Virus record (IMG/VR): IMGVR_UViG_3300027747_001183
DNA: 64,000 nt
DNA from: a virus
Reading direction: 5' to 3' (one strand)
The notes beneath the pieces are model-generated. The model did not search any database. It was not told the origin of the DNA and saw only the letters and a program-made list of their open reading frames with translations. This document shows, piece after piece, positions 42,950-54,300 of the stretch (the first letter of the stretch is position 1; every line of letters begins with the position of its first letter). The translations under genes and the position numbers were made by a program.

Positions 42950-44557
42950 TCAGTTTAGAAGAAGCTTTTCAAATTCATAGTCACTTACAGTCTGCACGAC
43001 TTCCTCAGGCATTCCATCATCGGACCAACCAAAAGGCGTCATTTCTTCCTCGATTTGCCTCTCGTTGTCCTCAAGGATCTTCTTTCTGACATCTGTATCA
43101 GATATTTCTTTGAAGTACTCTTGACTTACCATCCACGCAAAGAGTACTAGACACATTACCAAGTCGTCGTGGTGACCTTCCTCGGCATTGTAGGAAGTAC
43201 CGTCCACGACGTATGTCGATAGCTGATTGATTACGTCGTAGTCGTTCAAGATGATCTGGGTATTCTCGATCAGTGACTTTATGTTCGAGCAGCCGATCCT
43301 CTTGGTAGACTTAGTCGTCTTTAATCCTAGCCTGTTCTGCGTTCCGCCCGCTCCTAGGACTGTGCCCTTCCTGCCAGAAGTGCGAGTCATGACTACGTTC
43401 TCGTACTCTAGATCTTGGTGAAGGATATTGACGACCTGAGACCCAGTATTTACCTCTACGAGAATGGCCGCGTCGTTGTAGTACCTGCCTATGTTGTCAA
43501 GCAGAGTAGGGTACAGAAGCTCGGACATGGTGTTGTTCTTGTAGGTAGCGACTACCTGATACGGGACCTGAGAAACGTCTACCATGACGAAGGCAGAGCT
43601 GTCAAGACCTAGACCCTCAGAGACGTCTACTGCGAGAACGTACTGGTGACCCTTTATAGGCTCCTCGTATATCTTGACTCCGTACTTCTCTGACACGGGC
43701 TTGAAGAATACCAGCCTCGACAGGACTGACGGGTGGATGAGCGTGTTGGAAGAACCTAAGAACTCGCACTCGAACTCCTGCCTGAACTGCTCGGCCGAGG
43801 TGTTGCGGATCATGGACTCCTTCCATGCAGCGTCTCGACCCGGAACGTCTGACCAGTGAACGTCTACCCTAGAATACTCGTTCCTCTCCTGCTCAGACTC
43901 TACCCAGATCTTGTAGAATAGGTCCATGCCGTTCGGCGTAGACGTGATGATGAGCTTAGACGACTGACCGGAAGTAATGGTAGGGAAGACCGAGGCGAAG
44001 AAGCTGTCTTGGATGTTGCGCGGTACGAACGCGAACTCGTCAAGGTAGATCAGGTTGTATGACTGACCGCGGACTGCAGAAGAAGAAGTAGCGGACGCTA
44101 GTATCTTGGAGCCGTTCTCGAGCTCGATATTGCCCTTATTCCAGTACACTACGCCCTGCTGCAGCCACTTTGGAAGCCACTCGTACGCCAGCTGAAGACG
44201 AGCTAGGATCTCTCGAGCTTGCACCATCTTATTCGCGAGCACTGCTACGTTGTAGTTCTCGTTGAATAGTATCTTGTGAAGTAGGTAGCCGACGACGCCA
44301 GTGGTCTTACCTACCTGGCGCGGCATCTTGCAGATGGTGAAGCGAGTGCTCCCGAACTGCTTGAACATCTTCTTCTGATACTCAAACGGCTTGAACGGTA
44401 TGAGACCCTTGTCGACCGATACGATCTTTACGTAGGTTTCACAGAAGTACTCTACGCTCTGCGCGCACTTCATGTACTCTTGAAGCTGTTCTTTTGTAAA
44501 GCTTAGCTTGACGTCTTTGTTCTTTAGGTTCTTATTACCTAAGTAGAAGTCATTCAT
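42950..44557 (-). CDS. 17: Terminase large subunit gp17
   Basis: PRQVGKTT, YLDEFAF, TSTPNG and HDDLVM. Confidence 0.97.
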   Translation of the reverse strand: MNDFYLGNKNLKNKDVKLSFTKEQLQEYMKCAQSVEYFCETYVKIVSVDKGLIPFKPFEYQKKMFKQFGSTRFTICKMPRQVGKTTGVVGYLLHKILFNENYNVAVLANKMVQAREILARLQLAYEWLPKWLQQGVVYWNKGNIELENGSKILASATSSSAVRGQSYNLIYLDEFAFVPRNIQDSFFASVFPTITSGQSSKLIITSTPNGMDLFYKIWVESEQERNEYSRVDVHWSDVPGRDAAWKESMIRNTSAEQFRQEFECEFLGSSNTLIHPSVLSRLVFFKPVSEKYGVKIYEEPIKGHQYVLAVDVSEGLGLDSSAFVMVDVSQVPYQVVATYKNNTMSELLYPTLLDNIGRYYNDAAILVEVNTGSQVVNILHQDLEYENVVMTRTSGRKGTVLGAGGTQNRLGLKTTKSTKRIGCSNIKSLIENTQIILNDYDVINQLSTYVVDGTSYNAEEGHHDDLVMCLVLFAWMVSQEYFKEISDTDVRKKILEDNERQIEEEMTPFGWSDDGMPEEVVQTVSDYEFEKLLLN

Positions 44558-44936
44558 TGTTGGTCTTCATCATCTTGAGAAGGTCGGCAGTCGTCAAGAA
44601 TAGGTTGTTGTTGGTGACGTTCTTCTGCTCTGGCTCGTCAGTCTTCTGAAGCTCTTTGTTCTTCTTCTGAAGCTCAAGCAGGTCCTTGTTAGCGTCTACC
44701 ATGGTCTTGATGAGGTTGGTTACCACCTCGAATGCTCTCGGCGACTCTGACTGCTTGGCAATGTCCATGATGTGTTCGAGCGCGTCTGAGCCCTTCTCTA
44801 TAACGTCGTAGAGATTCTTCCTAGCATACTCGTAGTCGTCGTTTTGAATCTTTGGAACCAGATCACTTATCTTTGCCCTCTCAGGCATGAGCGGCAAGTT
44901 GAGTGAAGTTCCTATAATGTCTTTTTTATGGGCCAT
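44550..44936 (-). CDS. 16: Terminase small subunit gp16
   Basis: DYEYARKNL, SPRAFEV and NNNLF. Confidence 0.92.
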   Translation of the reverse strand: MAHKKDIIGTSLNLPLMPERAKISDLVPKIQNDDYEYARKNLYDVIEKGSDALEHIMDIAKQSESPRAFEVVTNLIKTMVDANKDLLELQKKNKELQKTDEPEQKNVTNNNLFLTTADLLKMMKTNNE

Positions 44937-45750
44937 TGTTAGTTGTCGGGAAGTCCGTTTGTGTTATGATGTAGTCATAGTTACTAGTCTCATCAATAGA
45001 CTGGTAAGATACAGTATTAGCCAGAAGAATAGTCGGATTACCATTTGCGTCTAGTCCGGGCTGCGTAGTAGTCTGAGTTATTGCTATGTTGGCTTCCATC
45101 GGCGCAAATGAATTGATCGTGGCTATCTTGATCACCTTAGCCTGCGAAGTAGGACCGTAGAGGTATGCCTTCATCGTGAAATCGATTCTCCAGACGAGTG
45201 CTCGCCTCTCTGTGAATGCGGCATCATATGTGTCTTGATACTGAACTGACTTTATGATGACCGGTATGTCTGTATAGCCATCAAAGTCTTGAAGAAGCTT
45301 TGCAGATACAGTCCACTCCGGAGTAAAGTAAGGAAGGATCTGCTCGACGATTCTAGTGCCGTCTTCAGTCTCCTTGACCATGATAGATAGTTCAAAGTCT
45401 ATGTCGTAGGGTACCGGAGTATAGACTTTCTGAAGTACGCTGTTTCCGTTGACATTGTTCTTGGTGTAGTACGGGACTGTAGTCTGGAGCTTGCGATCAG
45501 AAGCGTAGGATATGCCGGTAATCTCGAACCCCATCCTTGGAAGTGAGATTGCCGTCTTTGCTATACCGGTAGGGTTTGCCTCTACGCGCGCTAGGAACTT
45601 ATCGCGAGGACCGTACGCAATTGGTACCGTGAAGGTACTGTTTACTGAGCCATCGGTGTTGTGTCTCTCGACCTTGATGTTGTTGAACAGGGTGCCGAAG
45701 ATGACTACGTACTTCCTAAAGAGTGAGTGATAGTAGGGAACTGAAAGCAT
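44926..45750 (-). CDS. 15: Tail sheath stabiliser / completion protein gp15
   Basis: FGTLFNNI, VPIAYGP, LPRMGFE and QILPYFTP. Confidence 0.93.
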   Translation of the reverse strand: MLSVPYYHSLFRKYVVIFGTLFNNIKVERHNTDGSVNSTFTVPIAYGPRDKFLARVEANPTGIAKTAISLPRMGFEITGISYASDRKLQTTVPYYTKNNVNGNSVLQKVYTPVPYDIDFELSIMVKETEDGTRIVEQILPYFTPEWTVSAKLLQDFDGYTDIPVIIKSVQYQDTYDAAFTERRALVWRIDFTMKAYLYGPTSQAKVIKIATINSFAPMEANIAITQTTTQPGLDANGNPTILLANTVSYQSIDETSNYDYIITQTDFPTTNNGP

Positions 45751-46478
45751 TAGAGTTTATTTCCTGTCTCACCGAATGGATCAAACTCAGTAAAGTCTAT
45801 GAAAGATGCTGACTCTTTGTCAAATACTTCGTTTTCAGCCTGTGGATCAATTATGTCTATAGCATAGGTCTCTAGCAGAATAGGCTCGCCTGCTTCTGTA
45901 AGAATAGGAAAACCATTTTCAGTAGTGATCTCGTAAGATGCAGAGTCCAGAGTCAGCGCATTGTATACGTTATCGATCTCTGCTATTCCTGTGCTGAACT
46001 TATCGCTGTTAGCCTCGTACAGCTCACAGGTTAGGTCGTAGCTCTGCAGCGATCCCATCTGAAAGAATACTGGCTTAACGTCTGCGAGCTTGATCTGGTA
46101 TAGAGACTGAGTAAGTGGGAACCATATCAAGTCGCCTTCGTTTGGTCTAGTCTCATAGTCGTAGTTGCCGACTTCAGAAGCAAAAGACCTTCTAGACATA
46201 GTGAATACTATCTGGTCCCTTACCTGTATTCCGAACTTAGACAGGAACTCACCATCGCCCTCGAATCCGTTGACGTTCTTTATATAGACCTCGACGAGGT
46301 ATGAAGATTCAAATGTAAAGTAGGAGCCTTCCCTGAATACGTCGTCTTTATTGTTGACTTTTCTAGGGATGTAGTAGACGTCGATACCGTACATCTTGAT
46401 AGACTCTTCTATCAAGTCTTCAATCAAGTTCTGCTCAGGCGTAGAGCTAAAGTTATTAAAAAAGAAATTAGAAGCCAT
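45750..46478 (-). CDS. 14: Neck protein gp14
   Basis: EQNLIEDL..YYIPR, SKFG, RPNEGDLI and DFTEFDPFG. Confidence 0.93.
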   Translation of the reverse strand: MASNFFFNNFSSTPEQNLIEDLIEESIKMYGIDVYYIPRKVNNKDDVFREGSYFTFESSYLVEVYIKNVNGFEGDGEFLSKFGIQVRDQIVFTMSRRSFASEVGNYDYETRPNEGDLIWFPLTQSLYQIKLADVKPVFFQMGSLQSYDLTCELYEANSDKFSTGIAEIDNVYNALTLDSASYEITTENGFPILTEAGEPILLETYAIDIIDPQAENEVFDKESASFIDFTEFDPFGETGNKL

Positions 46479-46480
46479 AG

Positions 46481-47464
46481 TCAGCCTATCATGTCATAGG
46501 CTGGAAGTGAGTAGCCGCTCGACATCTCAGCCTCTAACTTCTCTATCTCCGCTTCTGCATCGTTGTATATCTTCTCACCGTTGAAAGTCACACCGCCCGG
46601 AAGCTGCATGCCGTTGAACTTGGTGAGGTTGGACCCCCACTGCTTCTTGATAAGCTGAGTAGCGTATCTCTGAAGCCAGCGATCGTTCCATATCTTTGGA
46701 AACTTGAGCGGGTCGATTATCTGATAAGCTACTACTAGTAAGAACTGTCCGGCCTGTACTTTCTGCCAGTTGACGTCGATGTAGAACCTGTTAGTGTTCC
46801 TGTTGTGTCTGATCGGCTGCTTGCCTACGAGTAGGTCTTCTAGCAGCTGGATCTGCTGGAACGCCATGTAGTACGGAACCATCGACTGATACGTCAGAGT
46901 ATAGAGATCGTTGAGCGCTATCTGGTAGCGAATGTTGAAGATGTTGTTAGTCGCTATGTAGTCGCCGATAGGAAAGATGTCTACAGCGCCGATGATGTTG
47001 TCTGGAAGAACGATGTATCCACCCTTGTATCCGGTAAGCACTGCACCGGATCCCGTAGAGGTGTTTACAGTGACGACGGGGTCTAGCTGGTACTTAGAAC
47101 CGATGCTGGTGATGTTGATTTTAGTGATAGTACCCTGACCGTTGGTAGTAAGCGTAGCAGTAGCCCCGCTTCCCACTACGTCTCCGCGACCTCTGCTGAT
47201 AGTTATCGTGTCGGTGTTTGAATAGCCGGTACCGCCGGAAGAGATGATGATCTCTTTAAGAACGTCTGGAAAGTCGCTGGCCTGATAGTTGTACCTATAG
47301 TACTGCTTCTCTACGCCGTCAAAGTGATAGTCGTAGTAGTACAAGAGAGCTTGGTCGACGCGGTCGTCTACCTGATCTATGTCGACGTTTATGTCGATGA
47401 CTGGTTTGCCGAGAGCTCTCAGGCAGTATTCCTTGAACTCGTCTCTATTAGTAGGTGTGGCCAT
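46481..47464 (-). CDS. 13: Neck protein gp13 with an internal insertion
   Basis: YCLRALGKPVIDINV and QWGSNLTKFNGMQLPGGV. Confidence 0.93.
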   Translation of the reverse strand: MATPTNRDEFKEYCLRALGKPVIDINVDIDQVDDRVDQALLYYYDYHFDGVEKQYYRYNYQASDFPDVLKEIIISSGGTGYSNTDTITISRGRGDVVGSGATATLTTNGQGTITKINITSIGSKYQLDPVVTVNTSTGSGAVLTGYKGGYIVLPDNIIGAVDIFPIGDYIATNNIFNIRYQIALNDLYTLTYQSMVPYYMAFQQIQLLEDLLVGKQPIRHNRNTNRFYIDVNWQKVQAGQFLLVVAYQIIDPLKFPKIWNDRWLQRYATQLIKKQWGSNLTKFNGMQLPGGVTFNGEKIYNDAEAEIEKLEAEMSSGYSLPAYDMIG

Positions 47465-47489
47465 GGCAGATATCCTTTTTTAGTATTTA

Positions 47490-47780
47490 TCATCCATAGC
47501 AAGTTACGTTGCCGCTTCCAGCAGAAGCGTAGGGATTGCAGTGTGCCCCTCCCAGCGGTACGCAGTTGACGTCTGCAGATGCTGGATCGTTGACTACTAC
47601 CACTTTCTTACCGTTGATCTTTACTGTAGTGCCGGCGGGGTTTAGTTGCCCGCCGGTCTCACTGTTCTGGTCTTGGTCTACTGCCCATAGCTTGCCATTG
47701 ACGAATACCGTAGACTGGCCGGTTACTACTGTAGTTGCAGCGCAGGCCCTTAAGTCTCCGTTTCTATGAGCAGCAGTCAT
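47490..47780 (-). CDS. PAAR-like spike tip protein (gp5.4-like)
   Basis: AHRNGD..C, TVFVNGK, HC and GSGNV. Confidence 0.85.
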   Translation of the reverse strand: MTAAHRNGDLRACAATTVVTGQSTVFVNGKLWAVDQDQNSETGGQLNPAGTTVKINGKKVVVVNDPASADVNCVPLGGAHCNPYASAGSGNVTCYG

Positions 47781-48394
47781 CAGGCGCCCAAGATCTGCTT
47801 AAAGTCTTCGGTGTGCTTCTCGCGATCTTCTAGACCGATAGTGCCGCCGTTGATCTTCTTGGTGACTGCGGTAACGTCGTCGTTGTCAGCGAGGTGGTTG
47901 AGACCGTTCTTGTGCCAGAACCAAGCAGCCGACTCTACTGCGCCCTGAGCAGTGCCTAGGTAGGTAACAGCCTCTTCTAGTTCCACCCCGGAATCAGTAG
48001 CGAAGCCAGAATAGTTGCTTTTTCCGGTAAGTTGGATAAGTCCGCGGCCGCGAAACCGATAGCCATCACCAGAAGCAGTATCACCGTTGCCCATTCTCGA
48101 AGCGTAAACGACGTTGGCGATCTTTTCTGGCTGCCTTGCGTATTCATTTGTGTCTTTATCCTTAAAGTACTTAGGGAAGATCTTAGTGAGACCGTCTGCT
48201 GAGTAGTTGAGGTTCTCCTCGATGACTCTGAACCCGCCGGACTCATGTGCAGTCTGGGCTAGAAAGTGTGCTAGTCTAAGAGCAGAGTTGATCTCGTACT
48301 TGCTAGACAATACGTCCAGTGAAGATACTAGTGCGTGTACTACTTCTGGCTTGCAGCTTGGATAACTGTGCTTGATCTGTTCTTCGGTGATCAT
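47780..48394 (-). CDS. Glycoside hydrolase family 19 endolysin
   Basis: FLAQTAHESG, ENLNYS, RGRGLIQLTG and INGGTIG. Confidence 0.93.
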   Translation of the reverse strand: MITEEQIKHSYPSCKPEVVHALVSSLDVLSSKYEINSALRLAHFLAQTAHESGGFRVIEENLNYSADGLTKIFPKYFKDKDTNEYARQPEKIANVVYASRMGNGDTASGDGYRFRGRGLIQLTGKSNYSGFATDSGVELEEAVTYLGTAQGAVESAAWFWHKNGLNHLADNDDVTAVTKKINGGTIGLEDREKHTEDFKQILGA

Positions 48395-48408
48395 GATTAT
48401 ACTCTCAG

Positions 48409-48726
48409 TTAGAATGGAAGGTCTTTAATTGTAGTAGGTGGTGCTACAGCAACATTAATTGCATCAGCTACAGCAGATTCGTAGTATGCTATATTTGAAA
48501 AAGTATCTACCCAACCATCGAAGATTTCTTTAGTAAGATCTTTATATTTAACAAATTTTGATGGGTCTGGTGAAGTTAGGTCTACTTTAAAGCCAACTGG
48601 AATACTCGTCCCACTGTCTGAGTCACTTCCAGTTAAAATGCAATAAAATGACTTTACAACATCTTTAAGTTTGCCTTCAGTAGCAACTGCAACTTGTGAG
48701 TATTCTTTTAAATATGTAATGTTCAT
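48409..48726 (-). CDS. Hypothetical tail-fibre-associated protein
   Basis: 105 aa; FVKYKDLTKE..W..LPF pattern; follows fibre genes. Confidence 0.6.
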   Translation of the reverse strand: MNITYLKEYSQVAVATEGKLKDVVKSFYCILTGSDSDSGTSIPVGFKVDLTSPDPSKFVKYKDLTKEIFDGWVDTFSNIAYYESAVADAINVAVAPPTTIKDLPF

Positions 48727-48727
48727 G

Positions 48728-49114
48728 TTAGACTCCTATTGCTTGCCATGTACAAAGATTTGTTGCTGCTACAGCTTGTGAGCTTCTCACTTGCAACACT
48801 GTCGTATTAGCACCCGCTGCGTATCCATAAAAACCAGTTAAACCAGAGGTAACAGACCAACTATATACAGTTGTAAATGCTGTAGTAAATGTAATATTGC
48901 CAACAGACGTGTTAGCTAAAATATTACCCCATTGCATTAACAATCCATTTGCTAAACGAGTATAACCATTATTAGCAGTGATAGATGATGTGCCTAGAGT
49001 AAAGGTGTTGGTACTTACGTTAGCAAATCCAGTTATTGTAGTATTACCAGCCGCTAGTGTGGTATCTATTGTAGCATTACCGTAGACTCTAGTGCCACTT
49101 AATAAGTTTGCCAT
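48728..49114 (-). CDS. Small fibre-tip-like virion protein
   Basis: GYTRLANGLLMQWG...WQAIG C-terminal fibre domain. Confidence 0.7.
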   Translation of the reverse strand: MANLLSGTRVYGNATIDTTLAAGNTTITGFANVSTNTFTLGTSSITANNGYTRLANGLLMQWGNILANTSVGNITFTTAFTTVYSWSVTSGLTGFYGYAAGANTTVLQVRSSQAVAATNLCTWQAIGV

Positions 49115-49141
49115 TTAAACTTCCCCAATGAATACTTATAT

Positions 49142-51373
49142 TTATGCTGGTTTAGTATATTCATCAAATATACCAGTAATTTGTAAGCTGCCGGTAGAAC
49201 TCAATCTCTGAACTGCTACACCAGATCCAGCATAGTTATATATAGTAAACGGTGAAGTGTTTGAGTTTACTGACGGTGTTCCAGTTATAGTAAATGAAGC
49301 ACCAATTGAACTACTGTCTACAAATTTATTAGATTTACAAGTTAATACTTTTGTATTGGTTATAGCTGTAAGCGGTGCAGTAGGAGGGGTGAAAGCCCCA
49401 GTGTAGACTGCAGTGCCTATCACTACTCGAAAATTAGATATATATCCGTTCCAAGTCTGCGCAGTGTTATCGCCGTATTGTCTACCGATATTTACTGGTA
49501 CGTTTGATACCGTTGGAGTAAGTGCGTTACTAGCAACAGATACACCGTTAACATACAACGTATTTGTACCACCACTGCCAACTAATGCGACATGATTCCA
49601 AACACTAGGTAGAAATTTTTGAGCTGCCGAAGTTTGTATTTTACCGCTACCATTTCCATTGACAAAGAATGATATTGAATTGCTTGTGTTTACATACACT
49701 GATATACCAGCTGTACCAGAACTAGCTGCAGGTGTAAGTGTGAAAATTCCCTGCTGTGAAGCACCAGTACTTATACCGTATGCCCAGCACTCTATTGTAT
49801 AGTCACCAGTAGATATATTATATGCTGTACTAGCAGCTATAGTTAGATAATCAGGAGTAGCACTATTAAAAAAGTAATTATAAAATCCATCTAATGTATT
49901 AGGTGTTTGTGATAATGCTGTTACTGTACCATTTTTTGTGATTGTTGCAGCATTTGTACTAGTATCTAAAATGTTATTAACAGATGTGTTTGGCGGATTT
50001 ATCAGTAGTTGAGTATTAGCAATAGCGTTTGGTGGTTGAATTGGTGGAGTAAATATTTGAGTTCCTAATGTAGTATTGGATGTTTGATATGCAACAGGAA
50101 TATTATTAGATACTAATCTTAAGTTAGAGATATATCCTTTACTATAGTTTCCTCCACTAGAAGGAATGCCAATGTATACAGGACCAGAAGCAGAAGCTAA
50201 TGTTTGTGAATCAGTACGAGCCGCTACCAAATATCCATTTACAAATATCTTTGCATTTCCTGAAGTATCTCTAGTAAATGCAACATGTGACCATGAATTT
50301 AACGGTACGGTAGATGCACCAGATAGTGTTGTATTAGCTAATAGTATATAAGTACTACTTCCGGTACCTGCTATATTCCATCTAATATCAGTAGCTGATA
50401 CTACTGAAAAGCCCCAGGTTGGTCCTGTAGCACCATATGACCAATTTCTACTAGCTAGGAATATAGGGTTCGTGTATGAGGTTGGATACACCCATGCTTC
50501 AAATGAAACAGATGAGCCTGAATTGAAATCAAAATATGAATTATATGGAATAGTAAGATATCCACTGGTTCCATCAAACTGCAAACTTCCCAATGCTGCT
50601 GGGTTATTCGTTACTTCGTCAAATGTACTTGCTACCTGTAATGAACCATCGTTAATTTGTCTTTGTTTTAAAGAAGTAACGCCCCTGTTAAATGGTCCAG
50701 TTGCAATCCATGCAGATGATCCGTTATTTGTTAGTGTAAGTTTACTTGTACTGTTATCATCGATAAAAGCAGTCGAGTTTAATACATTCAACAGCAATTT
50801 TGTATTTGCTGTAGCGGGTAACAATAATTGTGATGGTGTAAATGCAGCAGAATATACTGCTTCGTAGGCTATTCTTACGTTAGAGATATAGCCGGAGAAA
50901 TAAGCAGTTCCTGTAGGAGTAAGTCCAACAGTAAATGTAGTAGAGGTTATATTTGTAGTGTCACTAAAAGTTCCATCTAGTACACCGTTCACATATACTG
51001 CAAAGCTGCTTGCTCCAGTCCTTACTACTGCAAGATGATACCAAGTATTTGCCACTAGAGTAGCAGCACCAGTATACTTGACGCCACCAGAATTTGTAAT
51101 ACTGATGTGTGCACTAGCTATTTGTATATCAAGTCCGTCTGAAGTGTTGCCAGAACGGTTGTTCAATATAGTTTGAACGGCTCCTGACACTCGTGTAGTA
51201 TTAAACCAGCATTCATAGGTAATTGAACCGCTTCCAGGAGCAGGCATTGATGTAGTAGAAAGGTAAGAAGAAGTCCCATTAAGATTTATAGAACCTACAC
51301 CAATACTAAGTTCATCAAGTGTTCCATTAGTATAAAGATTGCCTGACGAATTAATTCTAGTTGCATAAGCCAT
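49142..51373 (-). CDS. Virion protein with three LamG/concanavalin-A-like domains
   Basis: Three copies of T.E.W...W.H.A......YVNG...GYISN.R. Confidence 0.85.
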   Translation of the reverse strand: MAYATRINSSGNLYTNGTLDELSIGVGSINLNGTSSYLSTTSMPAPGSGSITYECWFNTTRVSGAVQTILNNRSGNTSDGLDIQIASAHISITNSGGVKYTGAATLVANTWYHLAVVRTGASSFAVYVNGVLDGTFSDTTNITSTTFTVGLTPTGTAYFSGYISNVRIAYEAVYSAAFTPSQLLLPATANTKLLLNVLNSTAFIDDNSTSKLTLTNNGSSAWIATGPFNRGVTSLKQRQINDGSLQVASTFDEVTNNPAALGSLQFDGTSGYLTIPYNSYFDFNSGSSVSFEAWVYPTSYTNPIFLASRNWSYGATGPTWGFSVVSATDIRWNIAGTGSSTYILLANTTLSGASTVPLNSWSHVAFTRDTSGNAKIFVNGYLVAARTDSQTLASASGPVYIGIPSSGGNYSKGYISNLRLVSNNIPVAYQTSNTTLGTQIFTPPIQPPNAIANTQLLINPPNTSVNNILDTSTNAATITKNGTVTALSQTPNTLDGFYNYFFNSATPDYLTIAASTAYNISTGDYTIECWAYGISTGASQQGIFTLTPAASSGTAGISVYVNTSNSISFFVNGNGSGKIQTSAAQKFLPSVWNHVALVGSGGTNTLYVNGVSVASNALTPTVSNVPVNIGRQYGDNTAQTWNGYISNFRVVIGTAVYTGAFTPPTAPLTAITNTKVLTCKSNKFVDSSSIGASFTITGTPSVNSNTSPFTIYNYAGSGVAVQRLSSTGSLQITGIFDEYTKPA

Positions 51374-54300
51374 TAGCCAAATACCGTGTCAAGACTCGTA
51401 GTCGATGCATTGTAGTACGTATATGCTTGGTTAGCACCAGCTGAGTTGGCGAATCCAATGCGTCCTGCAGTATATATGTTGCCGTTAGCGCCGATACCAC
51501 CGTAAGTTACTATCGCGCCGGCAGTCGCGTTGGGAGACGCGGTAGTAGAGCTGAACGTAATCACGTTGCTGAACGTCTGAGTGTTAGTCCATGAGTACTG
51601 GGCTGCAACGTTCGTACTCCCCGCCGATACAGTCGACCAATACGGAGCTCCCGTACCGCCGTTCGACGTAAGCACCTGGCCGGCCGTACCGACGCCGCCG
51701 TTGGAACTCAGTGGTATACCAGAAATTGTGATCTGCGACGTGTTGGCTATGAATGAAGTACCAACCGTATGCGATGCAGCATTCATAGTTCCTGTATGAT
51801 ACAAGCCCGTTACGTTGGCAGTAAATGGAGTAGCTGTAGTATTAGTCTGCGTTAATGAAGTAGCAGTTATAATAGTATTGACTGTTGAGTTGGAAGATAC
51901 AAACGCTGCAGTTGCATTTATATAGACGTTGGCGCCTGCATAGTGCACAGCAGCATTCGCATTACCAGTAGTAGTAAATGCAGCTGCATTTATTATACCG
52001 GTATGATATATACCTGTTACGTTAGCAACTAATGGTACTGCAGTTGTATTCGATTGTGTAATAGATGTTGCAGTAATTACCGTATTAACTGTCGTATTAG
52101 AACCCACGAGATAGGCTGTTGTATTAGCTTGAACTAATGTTCCTACGTTTGCTGAAGTAGTAGCGTATAGGGTAGCAGTGTTTACCTGTCCAGTAATGTT
52201 GATAGCAGCAGCGTTGACTAGCGTCGCATTCGCCGTAAACGTAGCACCTACAGTCAATAGTGCTGAGTTAACGCTGGTAGTTACGTTAGCATATCCAGTA
52301 CCAATGATAGCTGTCGAGTTAGCTATAAAGTTAGTACCTACTGTATGAGAGGCAGCATTTATTGTACCACTGTGATAAGTACCGGTAGTATTAGCTATAA
52401 AGTTAGTGCCGACTGTATACGAAGCGGCGTTAACATTTTGTGGAAAGATACTATTACCAGAACCATCAAGTAGTGTTGCGGTACGCGCAATAGTGCCGAC
52501 AGCAAATGTACTACTATACTGACGTACATAAATTGGTTCATTTCCATCATCAGCTGTAGCAATTTCAGCGTAACCCGCATTAGTTGCTGTACCCCCAATT
52601 AAGATACGAAAATAATCGTTGTCAGCTATATTACCACGCAATATTTCTGTAGTATTTGTACCTGTTACAGTTGAAATTAAACCAGTTGCAGTTACTGAAC
52701 CTGAGAAGTCACCTGTGTTGGCTGATAATACAAATCTACCGATAGTGTTACCTAATAATATTGTATTTGATGTTGGTACTATAGCAGTTGTGTTAGCAAC
52801 AAAACCAGTTGTTTTATACGAAGCTGCGTTTATAGTTCCAGTATGGTAGGCTCCAGTAGTGTTTGCAATAAATGAAGTGCCGACATTGTACGATGCAGCG
52901 TTTACCGTGTTGGCCAGTATTGAAGTGCTGAAAGTTATAGTATTACTGAACGTCTGTGTATTTGACCAAGAGAACTGCGCAGAAGTATTAGTAGCTGCCG
53001 GAGTTGCCCAATAGAGTCCACCGGCCGAGTTCGATGTCAGTACCTGACCGGCAGTACCTACCACTGAGTTAGCATATATGTACGTAGGCGTGATGACTGG
53101 AATGGTCAGGTTGCCGTTGTTTAGAGTACCTACAGTAGAAGCAGAAGTCAATCCTACGCTTATCGAATCAGCAGCCATCGATGGAGAACCAGTAGTGGTT
53201 ATCGATCTGCTGCTTCCGCTGTTGTCGATGAAAGTTGCATCTTGCAGAGTTAATACGTACGTACCGGATATGGGCGTGAGTGGTGCAGAAGGCACTGCAA
53301 ATCCAGACAAGCTGTATACCTGCGATCCCGTAACTATTCTAAAGTTAGAGAAAGTCGCTGGTCCTTTAAGACTGCCCCATCCACCCCACGTGCCGTCACT
53401 ATAGTGACCACCAGGTCCTGTACCGATCTGCTGTACGACACCGTTGACTGCAATATACTGAAGACTGTTTCTTCCAATAAGCGCTATGTGATACCAGACG
53501 CCGTTTTGTAGACTCAATCCAGATAATGTATCATTGCCGTAACCCTGATCCGCTATTTGTATTGCTGACGTATTAGCATAGAAACCAAGTCCAGCAATAC
53601 CGTTATCACTATAAGCAACTTGTGTCGATCCCAATGAAGAAAACTTGACAAAGAATTCTACAGTGTATCCGTTACCAGCACTAGGTAAGGTAGGGGTTGG
53701 CCAGCTTGCATTAACCGACGAAGTGCTAAAACTAGTAGAATAGGTAGAGAATAAAGTACTAGCATTCGACGTCAGATTTATACCTTGGAAAGTCGCGTTC
53801 GTAGCACTCACAGACGCTGCGTTTACCGCACCAGTATGATATATTCCTGTCGCGTTAGCTATAAATGGAGTTGCAGTCGTGTTAGCTTGAGTAATGGACG
53901 TAGCAGTTATAATAGTATTTACAGTTGAATTAGCTGCAACTAAGTAAGCTGAAGTATTAGCTCGTAATAATGTTCCCACGTTTGCTGTTGTAGTAGCATA
54001 AAATGTAGCCGTATTAGTTTGACCAGTAATGTTTATTGCCGCAGCATTTACCAGCGTAGAATTGGCTGTAAAGGTAGTTCCTACAGTATAAGATGCTGCA
54101 TTAATTGTATTTGCCAATATAGATGAACTAAACGTAATAGTATTACTGAATGTCTGCGTATTAGTCCAGGTGTACTGTGCAGCTACGTTTACTGAACCAC
54201 CACCGCCAGATACAGTTGACCAGTAGACGTTGCCCGTTCCGTTAGATGTGAGTACCTGACCAGTAGTTCCCTGCGAGCCAGTAGAGTCGATGACGCTGAT

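Noticed and set aside
42950-44557. Intron or intein in the terminase or other core genes
   Set aside because: Core ORFs are continuous and of ordinary length; no homing endonuclease motifs seen
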